Source of the DNA: Octopus sinensis
Taxonomy: Eukaryota
Length of the DNA stretch: 64,000 bases
Reading direction: 5' to 3'
NCBI RefSeq assembly: GCF_006345805.1
Contig: NC_043009.1
Span: 52,452,001 to 52,516,000 of the forward strand
Shown here: positions 54,453-64,000 of the stretch, in pieces
Layout of the letters: every line of letters starts with the position of its first letter
How positions within the stretch are numbered: the first letter of the stretch is position 1
The notes under the pieces: model-generated
Database searches by the model: none
What the model was told of the DNA's origin: nothing
What the model saw: the letters and a program-made list of their open reading frames with translations, nothing else
Program-made: the position numbers and the translations under genes

Positions 54453-55372
54453 TTACTAAAGCAAATAAGTTACCAAAATAAGTTACCAAAATACAGGAAA
54501 ACTGAAGGTACTACGTTCAATCTCAGGCAAGACACAAAAATTATGTATTATTTAATATTTCGTACTATGTATTATATATCACTTAGAATTATTAAATATT
54601 TAATACTAGGTCTAGTTAGAATTAGCTTTTACTATTCCGCATTGTACTTTCTACGTTCTGAGAGAAAGGGGGAGATGAGTCTCCCAAGACCCTTCTTGTT
54701 CATTCTAAAAGATAAAGCTAAAAAAAGAAGAAACTCCAGTTTTTATATAACTACATCGAAAGAAAGGAAACTAAAGCTGAAATTACTTGGGCAGGATTTG
54801 AACTCAGAACGTAAATAGAAACGATGAATTATGGCACTGCATCTTCTTCGCTGCTTTACGGATATATCAAATTACAACAACAATTATTCCTAGCAGAACA
54901 AGGCCTCGAATATGCAGTAAAGTTTTAGTCGATTCCAGGACTTAATCGTTATATTCTTTCATCCACGAAGAAAAAGAAGCAAAAGTTAACGCTAGGAGGA
55001 TTCGAACCCGAGACAATTAATTACTGCTAAATATTTTTGTCAAACGCTCTGTCCGTTCTGCCTACGCACAGCGCTAAAAAAAGGGTTCAAAATTTTGGCA
55101 CAAGGCCAACAATAATAATGGGTGGAAATAGTTTCTTATATCAACACCAGTATTCTACAGGTGTTTATTTTATCGGCACCCAAAGGATAAAATGCAATTC
55201 AACCTCCGCGGGATTTGAACTCAGAATGTAAAGAGCCAGAGGAAATTCTGTTGAGCATTTTATCCAATACACTAACGACTTTGCCAGATTTCCGTCTTCC
55301 ACAACCCTAACAGCTATACGTTAAAATAACAACGTGAAACAGCCTTAGATTAACAATATCGGTTGGTACACT

Positions 55373-55762
55373 CTTTATTCTCTTTACTCTTTTACTTGTT
55401 TCAGTCATCTGAATGCGGCCATGCTAGAGCACCGCCTTTAGTCGAGCAAATCGACCCAATGACTTATTCTTTGTAAGCCTAGTACTTACTCTATCGGTCT
55501 CTTTTGCCGAGCCACGAAGTTACGGGTACGTAAACATACCAGTATCTGTTGTCAAGTGATGTTGAGGGAACAAACACACATATATATATACATATATACG
55601 ACAGGCTTCTTTCAGTTTCCGTCAATCAAATCCACTCACAAGGCTTTGGTCGGCCCGAGGCTATAGTAGAAGACACTTGCCCAAGGTGCCACGCAGTGGG
55701 ACTGAACCCGGAGCCATGTGGTTGGTAGGCACACTACTTACCACACGGTCACTCCTGCGCCT
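55373..55762 (-). mobile_element. SINE family B, full length (reference copy)
   Basis: Reverse complement: aggcgcaggagtg..tRNA-like head, ccttgggcaagt CORE-like motif, internal TA/TG repeat, A-rich repeated tail. Confidence 0.9.
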
Positions 55763-55979
55763 GGTATAGTCATTAAAAATGTGTATGCATACTTGTATTT
55801 TAATTAATAGCTTATGTTATTGATTCCACCCCAATAAAATGATAAACCGATTGCAGCGAGATTTGAACTCAAAATGTAAATGCTTCTAATTACTTTAGTA
55901 GGCACGCAATTCATTTTGTCTTTGGCTTATCTCATCCCTCACACAAATAATTGCTTCTACTAAATAAATAAGGCCAGCA

Positions 55980-56905
55980 CTATTCTTTTCTACTCTAGCC
56001 ACAAGGCCCGAAATTTTGGGGGAGGGGGTCAGTTGATTAGATCGACTCCAGTACGCAACTGGTACTTAATTTATAGACCCCGAAATGATGAAAGTCAAAG
56101 TCGACCCCGGCGGAATTTGAACTCAGAACGTAAAGATAGACGAAATACTGGTAAGCATTTCGCCCAGCGTGCTAACGTTTCCACCAGCTCGCTGCCATAT
56201 TAGGCCAGCAATATTCTTTTCTACTCCAAGCATAAGGCCCGAAATATTAAGGGAGAGGGTCAGTCAATTAGATCGACCCCAGTACGCAACTGGTACTTTA
56301 TTTATCGACCCCGAAAGGATGAAAGTCAAAGTCAGCTTCGGTGGAATTTGAACTCAGAACGTAAAGATAGACGAAATACTGATAAGCATTTCGCCCAGCG
56401 TGCTGACATTTCTTATTTCTTTACTGCCCACAACGGGGCTACACACAGAAGGGACAAACAAGGACAGACAAACGGATTAAGTCGATTATATCGACCCCAG
56501 TGCGTAACTGGTCCTTATTTAATCGACCCCCGAAAAGATGAAAGGCAAAGTCGGCCTCGGCGGAATTTGAACTCAGAACGTAGCGGGAGACGAAATACCT
56601 ACTTCTTTACTACCCACAAGGGGCTAAACACAGTGGGGACAAACAAGGACAGACCAACGGATTAAGTCGATTACATCGACCCCAGTGCGTAACTGGTGCC
56701 TAATTTATCGACCCCGAAAGGATGAAAGGATGAAAGATTAGGACAGTCGTTTACACTGACTCCAGTGCTCAACTGGTGATTAGTTTATCGAGGAGGATGG
56801 AATGCAAGAATCAACCTCGGTGGAATCTGAACATAGAAAATAAATGAGGCGAGAATAAAAATACTACTAAGCATTTTGCTCGACGCGTTAACGTGTCTGC
56901 CAGCA
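55980..56905 (-). mobile_element. cluster/concatemer of about 5 SINE A units
   Basis: Repeated cgaaaggatgaaa...gaatttgaactcagaacgta cores. Confidence 0.9.
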
Positions 56906-57201
56906 GGGGCACGAGCAATAATAATGGAAGCGTTATTAGCAATACAATTCAATGCAAGTATCTCAGAGCTGAATGATGGAACGGATGCTTATTACAAGTA
57001 TAGAAATATTGTTTCATAAACAGCATAAACTTTTAATTACGAATTTGGAATAAGAATTTGGAAGAAATTTATCACTGAGAATGCAATTTTAGATCTCCCA
57101 CAGTTCTACATTATTTGAGGGACTATAATGGCTTTCGATTCATAAAGGGTGATTCGTTTATATTAACAAATGCTGACTCGTACGTACATACGTACATACA
57201 T

Positions 57202-57277
<76 letters not shown>

Positions 57278-57374
57278 GTAGATATACATGCATATATATA
57301 TATACATACACACACTTGTATATATGTAAACACAGACACACACACACACACACACCACACACACACACACACAC

Positions 57375-57418
<44 letters not shown>

Positions 57419-57812
57419 CACTAAGATGATATTACACACGATCTTATTGAGAAATCTTTTGCAGGTGGAAAGGCTGAACGGAGGCTGAAATTACAAATCT
57501 TTGTATTAGAAATACACATAGAGAATAAGTCACAGAAATACAATTATTCAATTATTTACATGCATATATATTATATATACCCCTCACACACATTTATATA
57601 CATGATACGCGAGCATACTCATGCCTATAAGTGAACGTATACTCGCATACGCACGCACATACAAGACTCACATAATTATATGACACATATTTTTAATGTA
57701 TACGTTTGTTCAAATCCTAGTCACTTTCGATTGAAATACACCCCAGAATTAACGAGACAATACACACACACACACACATACACATACACATATATATATA
57801 TATATATATATA

Positions 57813-57843
<31 letters not shown>

Positions 57844-57984
57844 CATATACATATATATATATATCACCGTGATCACCGTGACCGACCAGGCTATCAGATG
57901 TTGCTACACATCGCTGGTCACAATGCGCTTCTCATTGTTTTAGCCTTCAAATGACGCCACCCCGCTGGCTAAGCGAGCAGGCGA

Positions 57985-58024
<40 letters not shown>

Positions 58025-58326
58025 TGAAAATGAGTGCTCAACACTGCTTTGGTGAACAAATATCTATTATTTGTGTGTTAACAAGGCTGCCACTGGTTTC
58101 ATGCTGAGACAAATCTCCGTTGGTGCTTGTCTCCATCTCATGTTTTCATCTAAGATGCAGATTAGCGCCAAAGCCCCATGTGGCAGCCTTGATAATTGCT
58201 GAGTTTTCTTTCATGAAACCAATGGTAGCATTTTTAATCCACAAATAAAGTATCAATATAAAAAGAGAGAGAAAAAAAACATAGAAAGGGGGAAGGAGAG
58301 AAAGAAAAAAGGACTGAGATTTACAT

Positions 58327-58396
<70 letters not shown>

Positions 58397-58407
58397 GAGA
58401 CAGACAC

Positions 58408-58472
<65 letters not shown>

Positions 58473-58949
58473 TAAATAGGTAGGTAGGTAGGTATACATC
58501 GAAACGGCAGATAAAAATACCTCCTGGTATTTAAGTGTAGAGATACGTTGAGTTACGTCCATTTATCTGGAAAAACAAACTGGGCCTTTCACAAAATAAT
58601 GATTGATAAAATTAGTATCATACGAATTCTTGATGAGTTGTGGTTGGGAGCCAGTATAATTTATCAAAATCCATGTAGGCGGCACCACAACATCGCCTCA
58701 ATATAATGACAAAGATTTTTACCAAATTTAACAATAACCTGTAAATGCTGGAAAACGTAACAGTCAGATCGAATACAATATCTAAAGTGTACCCTTATTT
58801 ATCGACACCGGGTGAAAGAGGGACGAAGTTTATACCGGTGAGATTTCAACTCAGAGCCTAAAGCGCCCTATTTAAATGCTGCTAACTATTTTATTCAAAG
58901 GTGTACTTATTCTGCCAGGCGCCATTTCCACCACTCACAATTTAATAAA

Positions 58950-61078
58950 CTTTTCTATTATTGACACAAGGTCTGAAATTTTGAAGAGGCGCTAATTTAT
59001 TACTAATGGTACTCGTTTTATTGACCCCGAAAGGATGAAGAGCAAAGTCGACCTTGGCGAAATTTGAGTTGAGAACGTAAAGACGGATGAAATACCATTA
59101 AGAATTTTGTCCAGCGTGCTAACAATTCTGCCAACTCGCCAGCTTACACACAATAATGGCTGCATATTTTGGTACAAGGCGAGTAATTTCTCGGGAAGGG
59201 GTATGATGATTACTTTCACATCTGTATTCAACTGGTACTTATTTTATCATCGACTCCGAAAGGATGAAAAACAAATTCGACCTCGGCAAGATTTGAACTC
59301 AATGTAAAAGCGGGCGAAATACCTATTTCTTTACTACCCACAAGGGGCTAAACACAGAGGGGACAAACAAGGACAGACAAACGGATTAAGTCGATTACAT
59401 CGACCCCAGTGCGTAACTGGTGCGTAATTTATCGACCCCGAAAGGAGGAAAGACAAAGCCGACCTCGGCGGAATTTGAACTCAGAACGTAATGGCAGACG
59501 AAATACCGCCAAGCATTTTGTCCAGAGTGCTAACGTTTCTGCCAGCTCGCCGCCTAAACGGGCGAAATACCTATTTCTTTATTACCCACAAGGGGCTAAA
59601 CACAGAGGGGACAAACAAGAACAGACATAGGTATTAAGTCGATTGCATCGACCCCAGTGCGTAACTGGTACTTACTTTATCGACCCCGAAAGGATGAAAG
59701 GCAAAGTCGACCTCGGCAGAATTTGAACTCACAACGTAACGCAGACGAAATACCGCTAAGCATTTCGCCCGGCGTGCTAACGTTTCTGCCAGCTCACGAA
59801 ATACCGCTATGCATTTTGCACGGCATGCTAAACACTCTACCAACTTGCCTTACACAATAATCCTTTCTACTATAGGCACAAGGCCTGAAATTTGGAGAAA
59901 GGGGATAGTCTATTACATCAACCCTTGGTTCTTATTTTATCGACCCCGAAAGGATGGAAAGCAAAGTCGACTTCGGCGAAATTTGACAGTCGAAATACCG
60001 TAAAGACAGTCGAAATACCGTTAAGCATTTTGTCCGGCATGCTAAAGACTTCCAGCTCACCACCTTACACAATAATGATAATAATGTTTGAAATTTCGCA
60101 AAAGGCCAACAGTTTTAGAGTGAGTGAGTTAGTCGATTCAACAACACTTGTACTTGAGTGGTACTTTATTTTATCGACCGTCCATAGAAGTATGAAAAGT
60201 AAAGTTGACTTTGGCGAAATTTGAATGCAGATGTAATCAGAGGAAAAACTAAAGTAATTTTTTTTTAATTTTTATGCGCCCTTTTCAAGCCTAGCCAGGC
60301 TCATGGGCCCGGATTCCCAGTTTCTATGGCGTATGTGTCCCCGCCTCGCGTATGTATGCCAGTCCATCGCAGCGTTACTCAAGAAACAGGAAGAAAGAGT
60401 GAGATAAAGTTAGGGCGAAAGAGTACGACAGGGGTGGCCACCACCCCCTGCCGGAGCTTCGTGGAGCTTTAGGTGTTTTCGCTCAATAAACACACACAAC
60501 GCTCCATCTGGGAATCGAAGCCGCGATCCTCCGACCGCGAGACTGCTGCCCTGACCACTAGGCCATTGCGCCTCCAAAGTAATTTTTACCGACGTTATAA
60601 TGATTGTGCCTTCTCGCCACCCTTGGGTTTTGATTCATGCACAAGATCAGCAAGATTTGGAGGGAGAGATAAATCGATACAGTCTACATCTCTACCTCAA
60701 TTGTATTTCATTTTATCGACCTCAGAAGAATGAAAGACAGATCTGACCTTGGCGTGATTTGAAACTAGAACGGAAAAGTTCAGGAAGAAATATCGCAAAA
60801 CATTTTTTTCGGTATTCTAACGATTCTGCTAGGTCGGGGCCTTACCCACTATAATAATCATAACGATTTCAAATTTTGGTCCAGGGACAACACTTTTGAG
60901 GGAAGGGATTAGCTAAGATCAACATCACTCATTGAATAGTACTTTCTTTATTGACCCAGAGAAATGAAAGACGGAGTTGACCCTAACGGAAATTCGAACT
61001 CAGAACATAATGATTCGGAAGAAATAACGCTAGGCGTGATATTCGATGTCCTAATGATTTCTCCAGCTCGCCGTCTTA
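58950..61078 (-). mobile_element. dense cluster of about 8 SINE A units
   Basis: Repeated cores, all minus strand. Confidence 0.85.
60270..60576 (-). mobile_element. SINE family C head with tail type 2
   Basis: Head as at 9046-9357; different 3' part (gcctagccaggctcatgggcccgg); related tail alone at 62055-62115. Confidence 0.85.
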
Positions 61079-61893
61079 CCAATCTTTAATATTAGTAATA
61101 AATATATAAATATATTAATGGCAGTAATATCCACTATATATAACTCGAAAATACAAAAGGTCAGAAAGATCAGAAAGGTACTTATTCAAAATATAGAAAT
61201 ACTAGAGTTTCATAAACATCATGAACCATTAATAAAAGATCTGGGGTCGGTCACAAGTTTGAAGACGTTTATCATTTAAACACTGACTTTAGAGATCTCC
61301 CACTGTTCAATAACAATTGTGAATCTATAACGGCCTTACTTTCGCAAATGCTGACTTGTATATATTAGTAATATGCGATTGTTTCTATACAGAAAGTCTT
61401 ATTGAGAAATCTGTTGCAGATGGAAACGCTGAATCGAAAGAGTTATGTGCGCATGCTTGTATGCGTATGTTTGTATGAATATGTGCGTTTGTGCATATTT
61501 GGATGCGCGTGTGTGTGAGTGTGTTTGGACATGTGCATGCATGTATGTGTGGTGTGTGTATGTATGTTGTGTGTGCGTGGTAGATTTTGAAATTACAAAT
61601 CTACCGATTCAATATTTCCGAGATGAGAAATTTATATTATGTACTCTGTTTGCATAAGTCGCACTGCTGTCCACATCTTGATTGTTTCTTTCACTTCCTG
61701 TCGGCTGTTGTGAATTCCTTCTGTCACTGCCTACGGGCATAGCGTAGTGGATAACGGCGTTGGTTAATGCGGTGTAGTTACCTGAAGGTACTACGTTCAA
61801 TCTCAGGCAAGACACAAAAGTGAATCACAAGACAACTGAAGAAGGCTGGAGCATACAACGGCCAGACTAATGTAAATAGTGTGCATTCCCGAT

Positions 61894-61946
<53 letters not shown>

Positions 61947-61973
61947 TATATATATGGATATAGATAGATAGAT

Positions 61974-62032
<59 letters not shown>

Positions 62033-62773
62033 TAGATATAGATATATATATATACGACGAGGAAACCGGGAAACCGGCCCTTATGAGCCAGGCATGGCTC
62101 GAGTAGGAACAAACAATATATATATATATATATATAAACATATATATATATGTGTGTGTGTGTGCATGTATGTGTGTGTGTGTGTGTGTATGTGTGAATG
62201 TGTGTGTGTAACAAACTTTTGGTTGTAGAATAAACAACAAATTTAAGGTCATCCAACTAAAATATCATATGTCGAACATTTAATCACATGTAAAGAAACG
62301 TAATGCTTTTTCTTACTCATAGAATGCTGATGCACAAAATCACAGAAGATGAAACAATATTTCATTTAGACAAGTATATAAAAAAGTGAGTACAGTCTAT
62401 CGCTAAATAAAAAATTAAAAAATTAATACTTCAGTGTCTAAATTTTTTTTAACATTATAAAACCTAGAATAATAGATATATAAAAATACGTAAATATAAG
62501 AAACATACAAAATACATAAGGTATTGATAAAAGTTCATCGATTAAGAATTTTTTACGGTTAAAAGTTACTTTTTAAGATAAAGGGAAACCTTTTAAGAAA
62601 AGCCGGTGTCCAAGCAAAAACAAAACATATTTATAGTTCCTATGGCCATTTCAGGGGTTCATCAACGTAGTCTATGCACGAGGGTGCATTACGGTAATGA
62701 CTCCTTCGTCAGGGGAAAATAATAATAACACCATATACCAAGACGTAAAAGTGTAGAGTGTAGTATGTATATA

Positions 62774-63135
62774 CTGGGTGCGTTAAATATGACAGCTTGA
62801 ACGAAAGGAAATGAAAATAAAATATTTTAAAGAATCCCAAAACATCAACTAGGCTACGGCTGGGCTGTAACAGCTTATTCAAAGTACACGCCCTAAGCTT
62901 CCACCACGGACTCAAAACGGCTCCGGAACCTGGTGCATGCGTTCCTCATTGTTACCCTGGGAAACTCTTCAAACACCTCTTTGATCTTGGCCACCAGCTC
63001 GGCCTTGGTGTTGAACGCTGTGCGTGTGGTGTTTTTCTCTACCCCATACATAGTAATGAGATTACAATCCAGGAAATTTGGAAGCCAGAAATTGTGATTG
63101 GTGAAAGTGTAGAAATTTTCTGTCAAACGTAGTTG
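62774..63135 (-). mobile_element. Tc1/mariner (maT/DD37D-like) transposase C-terminal remnant
   Basis: NFWLPNFLDCN (WPPNSPDCNP-like)...VEKNT...NTKAELVAKIKEVF...RNACTRFRSRFESVVEA. Confidence 0.75.
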
Positions 63136-64000
63136 TCGAACCGCCAAGTTACGGGGGACTTATATAGACAGACAGACAGATAGATTGTACAGACAGACAG
63201 ACAGACATGCATAAATACACACACAGGAAAAATATATAGACATACATATATGATATCATGTGTGAATGTGTTCCAAACAAAATGGCGCACATTTTCACAT
63301 ACAGGCAATCACAAGAGAATAGGCAATAGTTTATGCGTGTATATTTCACTGACACTGAAAATACACGCATAACCTCACACACATATGTAGGAACCACATA
63401 GAAACACACACACGCATATCCATGGACGCACATACACATACGGACGAACGCGCGCACGCACGCATAGACAAACATTCACAAACATTAAACCAAGACTACA
63501 TGAAAAGCGCAGAAGAGAAATTACTATTTTAAAAATTTACGAATGCCAATTGCCAATTTGTGTGTGTATGTGCATGTTTGCGTATGTTTCTCTATGTGTA
63601 TGCGCTTGCGCTGTTAAATATGTATATGCGCTTGCGCTGTTAAATATGTGTGTGTATAAGAGCCTGTATATGTGTGTACATTTATGCAGATGTTGAGTGG
63701 GAAATGAGATATGACTAGTTAAAGTGGTGGTGATATCATCGGCGGTGGTTCTGGTGGTAGTGATGGCGTTCCTCTTGATAAACTATTGATGTTTTTGTTG
63801 TTGTTGTTGATCAAAGTGGTACTGTTGGTGGTTGTAATGGTGGTGACGATGGTTCATTTAGTCTCGGAGGTTGAGTTCCTATCAATGGTAGTGGTATTGC
63901 CAGTGTTTGCTCTTTGTGATAGTGATGTTGATGGTATTGCTTATGATGGGAATGTTTTTTGTTATGATCGCTATGATGTTAGCGCTAACGGTAGCCATGG

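Larger units (their letters stand above)
56985..61605 (+). repeat. old diverged direct duplication (56985-57500 / 61175-61605)
   Basis: Collinear blocks tatagaaata..gtttcataaaca, tttatca..agatctccca, tcttattgagaaatct.ttgcag.tggaaa.gctgaa, tgaaattacaaatct. Confidence 0.7.

Overview
AT-rich eukaryotic (animal) DNA saturated with microsatellites and decayed transposons. The SINE families and repeat landscape look like an Octopus/coleoid cephalopod genome (inference from remembered repeat families, not verified). Almost all ORFs in the supplied track are microsatellite artefacts. Real coding remnants are transposon fragments: two R4/Dong-like RLE LINEs, three Penelope-like (PLE) GIY-YIG fragments, one RTE LINE end and four Tc1/mariner pieces. 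Non-coding elements include a mariner MITE, three non-autonomous Helitrons and at least four tRNA-derived SINE families. The most notable signal is about a dozen minimal type-I hammerhead-ribozyme folds in short inserts, mostly within (TA)n tracts. They include a two-copy family whose core reads GUGAACA (reciprocal G3:C8 swap of the canonical C3:G8 pair) and several position-4 variants, and they co-occur with fold-back inserts of PLE-like geometry. Four phase-compatible + strand candidate exons (one a 16-nt microexon) and a minus-strand SINE bias suggest the window is mostly intron of an unidentified gene. All folds, translations and identities were worked out by eye.
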